From Auanema rhodensis (Eukaryota; Animalia; Nematoda): DNA of 64,000 nt. A program made the position numbers and the translations under genes. The stretch covers positions 15,500,001-15,564,000 of the forward strand of contig OZ059894.1 in NCBI GenBank assembly GCA_964057225.1. The letters run 5' to 3'. Below the pieces are notes generated by a model. It had not been told where the DNA came from, made no database searches, and saw only the letters and a program-made list of their open reading frames with translations. Below are positions 27,961-41,086 of the stretch, piece after piece; positions within the stretch are counted from its first letter, which is position 1, and every line of letters starts with the position of its first letter.

Positions 27961-30072
27961 AAGTTTGTAACTTCTTAAAAGTTCATTGCTTTCTTGTTTT
28001 GCATTCATATGCTTTTCGTCCAGGTCTGTAAGCTCTGTATTCTAACCAAGTATTCTAACTTTCCTTTCAACTACCATTATTGAACTTTGAATACAATGGC
28101 TGATTGTATCCGGCATGTCATATATACCTTGCAACTTCATGCCATCAATATTTAATGAAACATTTAGTTTTCAATAACTCGTCAATCTGTCACTCAGTAA
28201 GTCAAAAACTTATGTTTCTCTTTTCAAATCCGAAAACTTTGATTGAGAGTTTCATGTAATATTGAAAAATATTTCTCAGACTTATCTTACTATTCTTAGA
28301 AGTATAATTGAGTGGCGTAGTGTGGTTGTCAATTTGTCGCTGATTATAGTAACCAAATTTCCATATTCCTCCAGCTTTATACCTAATAAGAGATTTTTCT
28401 TTTAAAAAAAATAACTATATCTTCATGATATTTCCCCCACAAGACTACGGTGAGATTTTCTCATTCAAGGTAATCGTTCTAAGGATTTCGGAAAAACACA
28501 AAAAGCTCATATGAACTAATCTGGAAATATTGCCCTTTTGAGTCTTCAATTCGATTTCTGGAAAAACATTTACCGTAATTTATAAAAAAGCAATTTCGTT
28601 TTATCGTTCTCTTCGGTTTTAAGATAGATAAATGAGTCAGTAAACGATACTATGATCTACATTTTTAGTTGAGCTTCATTTCAATCTGCCATCATTTGCC
28701 ATCATTCATTCTTTCACCCTTAAGGCTTCAAGCTTTCAATGTCTGAACATTGTGCTCAGTTCTAAGTTTCTAGAAGCTGAAACCATATATGAAATTAATA
28801 ATTGTATATAAGAACAACGAATTATATGTTCTTACTGTATATAGATATATATATACATCACTAATCTATTTTAGTTTAAATACTGATTGTGTTTTTCTCC
28901 ATTTATCCTACCAACTTTTGAGACAAACAGCTAGAGCGTGTTATGGTTATTCATTTTCTCGTATTCCATAGTTCTTTTTATATATTTTCTTAGAAAATCT
29001 GAAAAGCCATTCTCTGACATATGTATATAGAATAGTTTCAGTTTTTTTCAATATGTTTGCTTCATCCCCTCATCTTAAGCTGGTTTTTTCTATCAGATGT
29101 TTTTTACCAAATCAGGCAGCCACTTCTCATGTTGTTTCCATGAAAATCAGAAAACTATCAGTCTTTAGTTCAGAGATCAGAATAGTTTTTCAAGCTTCTC
29201 GACTATAATTATAGTTAATTCACAACCATGTCTAGATTATGCTAATTTTTTATACTGAAATTCCGTGATGAACTTCCAGCTTGTGTTAACTAGATGAATC
29301 TTTCATTTGGAATATTTGATCATTTGACTTGGTATTCATATATTAATCTTCTTGCAATATTAAAACATTCAACTAGTCAAAGAATAATTTGTTAATGAAA
29401 GAGAATAAGATAACCTGGAAGCACATGGATTAGACTTATCAAATCCTTCAAGAAAGACTAAGAATCACGTGTGGGTGTAATGGTGTCCAGCATTCATCTT
29501 CCAGCATCTTAATGTATCACAAAGCTATATTCGTATAGGAGTATTACCACTATTTTCCAGGATATACCCTCTCCTATCTCCTCTCATATTTCTGAAAATC
29601 GGACAAAAAATCACGAGGTCGTCCAAACAGAGGGCAATGTTTCTACGATGAGCTCAAGCGATATTTTCAATTCGCACTAAGTCATCTTTCAGCTATTACT
29701 ATGCACATCTAACACCTGTGACGAAATTCTCGTGAATTCAGCTTGCGTTGTTTAGTACATTCAACGAAACCTTTTCCGTCTAAAGACTAATATAATAGTT
29801 TTCAAGTTATTGCCATAGTTAGGCTTCCTGCCCTTCTTTCGAATGTTTCATTTTAGACAGCAATTTTGCCTATTGTTCGTGTGTTAGTGAACTCAGGCAT
29901 ACAATTCTCATCACTAAATTTCTACAAACACTTAGCGGAAAATCCGCGAAACTTCCTTTCCATTCTAACCTAATTACATATTTTATACTGTTTTGCTTTC
30001 GTCGCTATTTTCTACCTTTGTTTCCATGTTTCTAAACAACTTCAGCCTTTTTTCTTTCTTTCAGACTTGAGG

Positions 30073-30716
30073 ATGAGAACAGCAATTATTTTGCTTGTTG
30101 GATCTGTCGCTGTTATTATGGCCATTAATGATCAATTCTCTGGTAAGCATCAGTATTAAAAAAACCTTTCCTATTAAAATGTTCTAGAAATGGAAAAGCG
30201 CAAATCGGCTTATATGAGATTCGGACGCTCGGATCCTGATTTGCTCAATGCCGTTGATGATATGGATGTGGAGAAAAGAAAGAGTGCTTATATGAGGTAA
30301 ATCTTTTTGATAAAAAAGATTAAACAATGAAACATTATGTCCAGATTTGGTAAGCGATCGGACCCTGAAGTAATGGAAGACGAATCTATGGATATGGAAA
30401 AGAGAAAGTCCGCTTTCATGCGTTTCGGAAAGAGAAAAAGCGCTTACATGAGGTAATAACTTAATCTAATTTTGGGATATATCATTAGTTTTGAGCTATA
30501 AGGTAATTATATTTCATATTTTAGATTTGGAAAACGATCAGCCTTCGAGGATAATGATGATAGCATGAGCATGGAGAAACGGAAGTCAGCTTACATGAGG
30601 TTAGTTTATTGCTTCCGATGAATAAATTAAATCAAAAATATTTTCTATAATCTTAATATCTTGGTCAACAAATACATTATCACCTCATGTGTAATTACAG
30701 ATTCGGACGGCGTTAA
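30073..30716 (+). CDS. flp-6: FMRFamide-like neuropeptide precursor FLP-6
   Basis: Signal peptide MRTAIILLVGSVAVIMA; four KSAYMRF-G copies and one KSAFMRF-G, flanked by KR/R cleavage sites; 5 exons. Confidence 0.97.
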
Positions 30717-31043
30717 AATACAAAGTACCCAAATTTCATCAGATCATAGGACTTCTATTTCTTCAAAGATCCTCGTAACATCTGTTGCTGACGTTCCTCT
30801 GAAAATAAAAAAGAACCGACTAATGAACCAACGACAATTTGCTATAAGAATCTTATAATACTATAATATATACGTTTTCGAGTTATATACACTTACAGTA
30901 CATACTTTTCAATAAATCTGCTGTTGTTAACTTACTTTTCTTTTTATATTGTTCGAATGTAGACGACATTTCCGAAGAAGATTTACTCTAAAATAATAGT
31001 AGTTAAAACAACTAAACAAAATGTTTTTTCGCCTTTTCCAACT

Positions 31044-32432
31044 TCAAGAGAATATACAGCTGTTTTTTTCATTTCGATTAAAATTCAAAACCAAATGAAC
31101 AATATCAAGAACATGAGTACGTTTGAAGAAACCCCTGTTTTTCGTTTTAATAGTCTTAATCAGACTGGTGGACAACGAATATGCAAAAGAAAATTACCGT
31201 AGGATTCGTTAAAGAGGATGGCTTCTTCTCTTCTTGCCTATTGAGTAATATTGGTCTAGGGCTGGCGGATCTTGACTTCTAGAACAACAAATGACTGTCA
31301 ATTACCCTCAACAAAAAAAACAAAAACCGGAGATTTAGAATTACAAGTCGAACAAATAAATATCCATCTAAGATCAGCGGCCTGTTTAGGATCAATATTT
31401 GGTTGATGGCATCTATAATATCCTTTGTGCAGAGTTAACAAAAGAAAAGCAAAAAAATTGAAAATTGACGTACTTAATGTGGTAGTTTGTCTGACAAGTC
31501 TCACAACAGACAATTAAATTATTTGTAGTGCTTGCTGCTGATTCACAAACCGAACAAACCTGAAAAGGAAGCATTTAGCTCGTAGTTCTAGTACCTTTTG
31601 CAAGGAAGATCATATTCTGTTCTGAAGTAGTATTCAAGAAATTGTTAGAATTATGTTTCTTTTGGATTTATGATTTATGAAAAAATATTTTGCATGACGT
31701 GGAGGCCATTTAGAGCTTAAGAACATGGAAGAATAAATGATATGAATATTTTTGGTTTATGAACATTTCCATGGAAAAAAATTCCAACTGAAGGCGTGAG
31801 AATGGATTTTTCTTTGGGAGCCACCCAAACTTTAACAAAGTTCCTTTGTTCTTGTAGAGGAAATAATGACAAAACTACCAAAAAATCAAACACGAAAATT
31901 CAAAAACACTACATGATCATAAAGAAGTTCTTAAATAAAAAAAATCCCTCACCTTTTCAGTTTCTGAATCATCATCATCCCGCTTCTTATGAGCTCCTTC
32001 CTATAATGCGATTTTAAAAGTTCTTATAATGCTGAAGCGGACCTTTATCGGCTTAGCTAAAAATGGCAAGGGAAGCTTCTTCTTCTCCAAACCATCAGCT
32101 TTCATAAATCTCATCTTTTCAGGCTGTGTTTTCTTTTGTTGTAATGATTTTAAGGTTGATTCATTAGTTATTTCATCTCCACTATCCCAAAATTCATCTG
32201 AAGGTTGTTGTTGATTGGACTGTATCTAAAAAGAAATATAGAACTTTGTTTTCGTATTTTCTGTTTTTACCAACTTAAGTAATTCTTTGATTTGATCTAA
32301 AGCATCAGGTTCGTTAGATAAAAGTAATTTACTCAATCTCCCGTAATAATTTTCACCAAACGGACAAACGTTCTTTCTTTTTATGCCCCCGCCTGTTACC
32401 GTAAGAGGACCCGAAGATTTAGATTGTTCCAT
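31044..32432 (-). CDS. ints-12: Integrator subunit 12 (PHD finger); 3' end approximate
   Basis: Spliced PHD CSVCESAASTTNNLIVCCETCQTNYHIKCHQPNIDPKQAADLRWIFICSTC matches the INTS12-type pattern (N.LV.C..C...YH..CH.P......D.R.VW.C..C). Last exon is uncertain. Confidence 0.8.
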
Positions 32433-32678
32433 TTTTACTAAACAATTGCAATACATCGTATGAAACAATATAAAACAAATATGAAAACATGACAAACACA
32501 TCATTTTAAATAAACCATATATACCACATAGATAAAAATTTATTGATATGTGAGCAGCGTTAGGTAAACTGGAGTTCCGAATTGGTGTCTAAGTGGCAAT
32601 TGATATGGACGAGATACATTCATGGAAAAACGATAAAACAATGAAAAAATATAATACAGCTATATACTGAAGTTTCGT

Positions 32679-34717
32679 CTAATCTTCAAACTCAAGCACT
32701 GCTTTTATCTGAGTAGATTCTTCTAATACTGCTTTTTTCTGAAATATATGTGAAATGTTGTGAGATTCTTTGCGTTAGCTTACCTCGCGTTGCATCAAAC
32801 TTTTAACTTTTCTTAGAGCCGTATTCGGAGTGTTTTCTTTCAATTCAAGTACAAATTGAAGTAAGTCTTTTGGTACAGGAGATGAAGAACAAGTTCTCGA
32901 ACCGGCTGAAAAATTCATATGAATTTCTATCACAAAATTGGATCATACTCATATAGGGATGATTTAAAAGTTGATCAATGGTTGCTCGTTTTTCAACATC
33001 TCTTTCTAGACATAACTAAATGGAAGCATAATTAAATTTAGATAATTTTACAATACGTACTTTGAGAGTTTCGAGTAAATCGTCATCTTGACAATCATCA
33101 AATTGAATTTCATATGAAGTATTTGTTATAGCTGCCATCTGACAAAGTTGAATAAAATACTTAAATTTAAAAAAATTAAAAATTACTTTCATGCTCTGAT
33201 TTTTGATGTGATTGAATGGAAGAACACCATATACCATATTGTACAATATACATCCTAAGGACCAAACATCTGATTTGAGGGGCAACTAAAAGAAAATTCA
33301 TAAATATGTATATTTAACAGCAATTCGCTTAATTACTTTATACTTCGAGCGTTCTGAACATGAAAAATTCAAGGCTTCTGGAGCCATATAGCTCAGCGTT
33401 CCCATTTGATAGTCTTTTAATACTGATGTCTGAAAATGACCAAAAATTAAACTTTGCTCATAAATAAATTTAGAAGTACCTGATTTTTTGGTATAGACGA
33501 AGCAATACCAAAGTCAATAAGTTTTAAATGGCCCTTTACAAGTAAGAAGTTTGCGGGCTTCAAGTCCGAATGAACAATTTCTAAGAAATAATATCTAGAT
33601 GAATTTTTAAAAATTCACATACTTTTATCGTGGATAGCTTTCACACATTTTAGCATTTCTTTCCAATAAAACCTGATAAAAGAAGAATCTATACTTTCTT
33701 CCTTTAATCTCGATCTTAAATAAGTACTGAAATCCGTGTCACCTTTCTCTAATAAGACATAAAGTAGGTTTTCAGAATCTTTAGTCTCGCTAAAAATAGA
33801 ACAATACTGTTTTGAAGAAGTTGAAAGAAAAAACCCACTAGTCATGCATCAGTATAACGTGGCTTGTTCCTTGTAGTTCCTCCAGCAATTTAATTTCGTT
33901 TAAATATGCAATTCTTTGTTCTTCTTCCTCTCCCAAATCAACTACTTTTATGGCGTATTGTTCATGAGTATTTTCGTCCATGACATCATACACCTGAGTA
34001 CAATCAAATAAAATTTATAAAAGCAAAATATTTCTTATTACTTTACAACTACCGCCTTTTCCGAGTAACTTAATCTTGATAAATGATTTTCCTTTTATAA
34101 TAATTTTATCATGAAGAGAAGGAACAGACAGAGTTAGTTTTTGAGGGAGTGGAGAATTACTAACTTTATCCTGAAAATAAAAAACTCAACTGAATGAAGT
34201 AATATTTAAACATACACTGTCAAAATGAGCACTCTGGCTTCTCTTTCTTAAACTATTTTCTTGAACTCGTTCTTGTCTAAATTTAAAAAGACCGTCACAT
34301 GATTATTCGAAATATGATTACTTAGTCTCCCTCGAGCGTACCATTTCCATATCTCCTTCTTCGAAGCCACGGCGAGATGATGTAGGAGCTCTAGGTGGAC
34401 GTGCTACTGACGAGGAAACAACGGGAGGGGGAGGCAATATCTAGAAAACCCCAAATACGATTTTAAGCCTCAGCTAGAGCACTTACATGACTAGAATCTA
34501 GAAACTTCGTTCCAGCAGGGGCTGTTCTATTAGCATGCGATGTTGTCATAGACGTTGATGCTAAACTCCTATCAGCATTACTATCACCTGAAAAAGAAAT
34601 ATAGACTTCGTCTTAAGCTTTCTGAAACGTACTGTGCGAGGAACGATGAAGCTCTTCGAGTTGCTTACGTTTCTGTTCCTGTATTCGTTTCAGTTTATCC
34701 ACAAATGACTCTACCAT
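32679..34717 (-). CDS. TTK: Mps1/TTK dual-specificity spindle-checkpoint kinase, short N-terminus
   Basis: [106 protein letters not shown]. All are Mps1-family signatures; frame intact across the introns. Confidence 0.92.
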
Positions 34718-34905
34718 TCTACAATCAAATATTATACAATATAAAGAAATTATCAAATTAGAAAGGTAAAAAGTGTATAAACACTGTGTAGAGTACAATA
34801 TTCAAAATTTAAATATATATTTGCAACAACAAAAACAAGACATTGAAAACATAAAACGAAAGAATAACATTCTAAAAATATCTAGGACACTAAGCTAAAG
34901 TTGAA

Positions 34906-36222
34906 CTATACATATGGAGGCATATATGGATCTTCTTCTCCTTCAGCTTCTCTTAATATCTTCTCTTTGTAATCCATATATCTAAATTATACGTATATAA
35001 TGGTCAATATAAACACATGATACCTGTATTTCTTATTAAGTGGTTCAGCGCGATGTAAATGCTGAAGTAGTCTGCTCTCTACCAAATCAAGAGCTTTTCG
35101 GGAAAAAACGATTGTTTCATATTTCATAAGGGAATAACAATTAAGACCATAGACCGGCATAGCATTGAACGATGGAATGCTCTCCAGACCAGGGACTAAT
35201 CCGCCAGTTATCTGAAATAGAACTTTCCTCATAATAAAAAAAAATAGCCGGCATACTTCGTCAATATCATTTACAAACAGCACTGAATAACCCCAATTAC
35301 GTTTATCTGCTAGATCATGAAGGTATTGAGCATCTGCTTCAGGTAGATTATCCAGACTAAAAAGCAGATGTTAGATTTGGGGAAACAAGGCTTTCAAACA
35401 CAGCCAGTTGAGAAACCGTGAAAATCAAAAATGAAAAAGCAACTTTCTTATGATCTTTTCATGCCAAATTATGCTAATTGATCATAATTACAAAAAAAAT
35501 AGCAAAATAAAAAGATTATATATAAGAATCATAATTCAGAAAAAAGGTAAAATCATACCTATCAACAATTTGCAAATCATCTTGAGCATGCTTAATTGTT
35601 AAAGCTGTGCAGAGACCTATAATTCGATTAATAGTTTATAAAGAAAAAATAAAATAATACCTTGAATTCTTAAAGAATCAGGAAGCATGTAAAACCAAGT
35701 TCGTGGTCCTCTAACTCCATTAGCAAAACCACCGTGTATGAAGTTAGGAGCTCTAATTGAACCTACATGAGCTCTACCTGTCTTCTTCTGTGGCCATGGT
35801 TTCCTTCCTAAAAAATTTTATACAGTTAGCCACAAGCACACAAACTATGACACCTCCTCCAGGCATTTCAGCTCTTGTTAACTGTTTAGTTAACTGAACA
35901 TTTCGATAGTTTAGCTGCCAATTCACATTTCTATGAAGAATATCTAATCGAGGTCGAACACGAAATATGTCAGGATGAAGATCCACAAGTCCCACTTTAC
36001 GTTCATCGATGGCATCGAAAGAACACACCCACGCCTTTAATTATTAAGTTAAATAACACAAAAAAGCCTATCTACCTGAGGAGTCTCAATAAATGGATTC
36101 TCGGGTTTTCGCCATAAATCTCTTTTGGTATCTTTCAAAGCGCTTAACCTTTCCTCAGTGGCAGTGTTAATTGTGCGTATAGAAGTGCGAAAAAGTGAGT
36201 CTATAAGATTTCGGCCTAACAT
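34906..36222 (-). CDS. mrpl-4: Mitochondrial ribosomal protein L4
   Basis: LHPDIFRVRPRLDILHRNVNWQ...[29 protein letters not shown]...GPR...ALTIKHAQDDL...RNWGYSVLFV. Confidence 0.93.
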
Positions 36223-36388
36223 CCCTATAATAGCACATATGTTTCAAGAAATAGAAACAAAAAAAAGAGTATTCAACAGAAAAAACTGTGTTTTGAATAA
36301 ATTATATTATACAAAAATTTGTTATGTATCCTAAACTCTATAACAATAAACATTTAACAACAACATAAAAACTTGGATATAATACACT

Positions 36389-37706
36389 CTATTCAGATTG
36401 TTGGCGTGCTTGTTGTCCTCTAACTATAGCTTCTTTGAATAACCTGAAAACAAAAAAAGTAACAATTGTAGAGAACAAAATTCAAACCTTAACAAAAATC
36501 CAACGCTTTCTGGAGAATCATCGTTGGAAGGGATCAGGTACGTAAGATAGGATGGATCAGCATTGGTATCCACTACTCCAACTGTTGGAATAGCCATTTT
36601 AGCAGCTTCTTAACATATACATAACCGTGATTTTTTTCCGTAAAAAATTTAAAAAAACCTATGATGGCAGGATGAGAAGAGCCCAGTGAAGTAAGAGTAG
36701 ACATGAATACTATTGTATCAGGAAGTCTTACTGTAGAGCCCAAAAGTTGTTTTGTATTAGTTAAAGTTCCTTGTTGCCATTTACGTGTATGAGAGTATTG
36801 TCCAACCTATAATCCAACATATAGTAAATAAAAAAAACAAAAAAAACCTCCTCAGCAACTCGTTCTACATCAAACATCGTAGCACGATTACTGGTAACGA
36901 ACAAGATGATGCCTCCTCTCATGGCGACATGAGCGACAAAGTTTAAAGCCCTGAATATGAGCAAATCAATTATTGGAAAATATGAATTATAAATTATTTT
37001 GACAAATGTGGTGCATATAGTTCTTTATATAGCTCAGTATCGCTTTTTTCAACACGACATAAGATAACTATAGTTTCTTATAATCTGTTCAAAGTGTAAG
37101 GCATCACAGCTACATATCTTAGACATATAAAGGATTTGAACTCATAACTGTCCTTCTTTCATTGAACCACTACCGTTATACTATGTGTTAGCATGTTTAT
37201 TATATTGACAAACCTAGTTAAATATTTCTTCGTAATTTCTAGATCGAAAATGCAAACTTCCAATCGTTCTCCATATAAAGCCCATTTCATGTTATCATTC
37301 AGAGTTCCAATCTGGAAACAAATGAGAAAAGGAACACAAATATATAAACCTTATGGCCATAATGTAAACGGGCATTGAACATATCCTCGATTGTAAATAG
37401 ATTGTCTAGACCAAACTTGTCTTCTTCCCTGTGTACCGGTGAGATATATTCTCTGAGAAAAAGCATATAGAATTCAATAATATAAATATTAACTAACTTC
37501 AAAACCACTGGCTGTACTGAGGCTTTAATCAAGGTATCTCTATCAGGAACAGATTTAGTGTTGTAATCCATCTATATTTTTAAATTAATGTGATTTATTT
37601 GAAAGTTTGATACCTCATGTGAGCTAGATAGGGAAGAGCTCTGACGAAGGCCACGCAATCGGTATGGAGCAAGAGTCCTAGGTAATGACACAGCCAGCCG
37701 TTTCAT
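36389..37706 (-). CDS. mrps-2: Mitochondrial ribosomal protein S2
   Basis: [17 protein letters not shown]...[18 protein letters not shown]...GTLTN...RLPD...[19 protein letters not shown]...IPSNDDS. Confidence 0.93.
37004..37142 (-). ncRNA. Candidate intronic box H/ACA snoRNA in the oversized mrps-2 intron
   Basis: Hairpin GTTCAAA...TTTGAAC, H box AGATTA, hairpin TATAGTT...AACTATA with upper stem TGTCGT/GCGATA, then ACA plus 3 nt. About 139 nt, ending ~50 nt before the 3' splice site, same strand as the host. Confidence 0.5.
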
Positions 37707-37970
37707 CCTAAATAAAATATTAATGTCAACAAAATTCACAAATAAGCAGTATCAATCGTCAGAACGAAATAATAATAACAGAAACATTTGATTATTAGGT
37801 ATAACTTTACAACCGGAGGTGAATGACTAATAAAAACTCTGGAAAAAGAATCTATTTGACAATAAATACGAAAGGATAAATAATTAAAAGCAATATATAA
37901 TCAGACTCACAATTTAGTTTGATAATTTCTGAGAACAGATCGCATAAATCGCCCAAGAATAAAAAATGAA

Positions 37971-40920
37971 CTATGACAATCTCAAAATAGGGAAGCAAGA
38001 ATCTTCGGACATTATCCAATCAGCTTTCTTATTATCCATCTTTCCACTTAAAAGCAACCGTAAAACAACAATGTTGTTTTTACAAAGCATTTCTAACGAT
38101 CTGAATGTATAAATAGTTAAATAAGTTAATTCTCAAAGAGAATTTAAATCACTCACTCAGCTTCCCGAATCATTTCACTACGTTCTATTAATCTATGAAA
38201 ATGTGTTTTTGCTAATTCAAAAGATTCAATGGCTTGTTTGAACATATCTTTAGGATCGTTTTGGAGATTTTCACAATATCTGTAGGGATAAATTACAATC
38301 TTTTACTCGGATCTTCAACCTACTTGCTAACATTTAAATATTGATAATAATTCAAATGTAAAGGAGGACCAAGATTGGCAAATGGAGCCATACGATGTTC
38401 GAAATGTAAGCGATCGGTGTTTGGTTCCCATCGAGGTACCTAAATAGAAAATTAATTGAAGGTACAAGATAATTTTAAGAAACCTTAATTTTCCCCCATT
38501 TTGTGAGACCTATTGTAGCTTTGAAAATTCCTGTAGCCAAAGCTCCTTCACCTATTAATTTTATTTTTTGATCGTGATAATGCTCAATTCTATAAATAAA
38601 GGAATAGAAGAAAGTTGACAAGTTAATTTTCTACCGCTGTTTAATATCCTCCTCAATCTTAACTCTACGAGCGTTTTTCTTTTTATTCTTAGTTGACGCA
38701 TTTTTCTCAATTTCTACTTTATAATCATAATAAGTAACTTCCAAAATTCGTTCTACAGAATTTAAATGCCACCTGCATAAGATTTCTCCAAAATACCTTT
38801 AATGAGAATTTCAAAAAGTTAAAAGATTATTATAAATTACCAATAATAATGGGCATATTCGTAAGGCGCAAACAAATCAAGTTTAAAACTTAATTCCATG
38901 TGATAGTGGATAATATTAACTAAGTGGTTAAACACAAATCCTAGAAGAGGATGTTGAGGATGCCCTTCTAAAAAGGAACAATCATTATGTAAGCCTTGAA
39001 GTTTGCGACAAACCTATCTCACAACCACTCATTAACATATTACATCTTCTATCTAAGTGTTCAGCAAGACCTTGGGTCACAATAAGATCCTCGATTGATG
39101 CCGCCAACTTTTCTCGCTGTCTGGCCAGGTTCATTCCTGCAAGAATATCTTTGGTTCATCTTTCATAGGCATTTAACAAACCAAAGTTGGCAACCATCGT
39201 TAAGGTGGCCTTTGTTATCTCATCTAGAAAATCAGCATATATATTACGACATTCTTCGTCATTATTCGCAGGAGAACTGAAACAGGATTTATACAATGGT
39301 TTAGCTTTATAAATGAACTTACCCCTCTTCTAAAACTACGTGACGTATAACTTTCCGAACAGAGGTATCTATGAGTGTTAAAAGAGATGTAGAGCCAAGA
39401 ACTAATTCGTCATGAGGGAACATTGTGAACTAAAATAAGTAATTTTTTTCTATTATTTATAAAATTGTCTACTTGTAAAACAGATCGTGTAAACACACAA
39501 CTATTATCCATACTGAAATCTTTAAAAAACTTTAAAAGTTTGGAGAAGTCGCTCGCAGCTTCATCACTTTCATCGGCGATTCGGTATAATCTGAAAAACA
39601 TTCATAAACACAAAAAACAATATTATTGATTTACCTGCATGATAATGAATTCAAGAATGCCATACTATAATTACGAGATTGAATAATGGTTCTCCGAGGA
39701 AATGATCCCGTTAAGTATTGCTTGTTATAGTCTGGTTGAAAAACTCCTAACCATTCAAACTTACCTAAAATACATAAGAAATACAAATTAAATAATTAAA
39801 ATGATAAGATACCATCTTCCTCAAAACTAACAGGAGCTTCTAGACCAAGCTTATAGGTTTCTATAAATGTAGCGGATATATTTTTCATGTTTTGAGCTAT
39901 AGTCGCTGCAGTGTCAAGACAAGGTCTACAAATTAGATAGAAAAAAAATATATAAAAAGAGTAACAAAAAAGATAAATAAAGCATACTTGAAAACATTAG
40001 CATTTGACTCGTCTTTGGTTCGTAAAGGTATCACAGATGTTAAAAATTCAACTAATAAACGGATCCATTGGAAACGAGAAGCAATAGCATTTGATACTTC
40101 CGTGTTAGTATTCTGCTAGAATATTACACAAAGTGAAAGAAAAAAACTATCTAACTTACTTTTGAGAGTGATTCCTCAATTTCTTTCATTTTATCAAGGC
40201 AGTCCGTGACAACACCCTCAGTTGGTACAACATAAGGAATAGAAATATTAAAATCTTCCTTCAAAATAAACGAAAAATAAAAAAAAAGGTTAGAATAAAA
40301 AGTACTGACCTCTTCGAATACCATAACATTATGAATAACAGTACGAATAATTGGAACCAAAAAACTGAATATTTGGGCAAGAGTAGAAAGAATAGAGTGA
40401 TCAAAGGAATAAGGTTCACTCAAAAGCACATTAGAATATAACTTGAAATTTGAAAAGATAAGAAAAGACAAAAAAATCAATTGCATACCGTATTGGCAAC
40501 ATTGCCACCTTCAAGATATGAAACAAAACAAGATAAAGTTGCATCGATAATTGTTAAAACTTCTCTATCGTTAACTGTATCAAAATACTCCTAAAGAAAT
40601 TGAAAAAATATAACTACAATATATAAAAGTAATACCAGAGATTTGAGCTGTTCAACACCCGATTTTCTGATGTATCGCTCCATACCAATATCCATTTTTG
40701 GATCCATAAGCTGCACTGCTCCCATGGCATCGTGTAACCGAAAACCATCTGTGAATACAACTTCACCTAACTTCAGTTCTACAATAGTAGTTGTTTGGTT
40801 ATAAAGACTGTACAGATTACCTTCACATGCACGGAAAAAATCATCTTTGATATCTATTCCCTTCACCTTCTCCGATACATGTGTTTTAGCCAGTAACTCC
40901 CTTAGTTCAGGTGAGGACAT
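37971..40920 (-). CDS. natc-1: NatC auxiliary subunit NAA35/Mak10
   Basis: DIKDDFFRACEELKLGEVVFTDGFRLHDAMGAVQLMDPKMD...SYLEGGNVANT...EEDF...FKDFSMDNSCVFTRSVLQ...NLARQRE...GISFKLDLFAPYEY...YWYFGE...FEHRMAPF. Confidence 0.92.
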
Positions 40921-41086
40921 CTACAAGTAAACATAACACAGCCAAAACTAAACAGAAAAAATAAACTTTGAGATTTAACTCTTATTAAATCATAGAATAC
41001 TGAAGTAATAAATATTTACAAATATATACAATTACAAAAAATAAAATAATATGACCGTCGTATAGTACAGATGTTTGAGTGTACAA

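Noticed and set aside
31595-31880. Extra exons inside the long ints-12 intron
   Set aside because: Candidate exons hit stops or shift the PHD frame; a direct phase-0 splice works.
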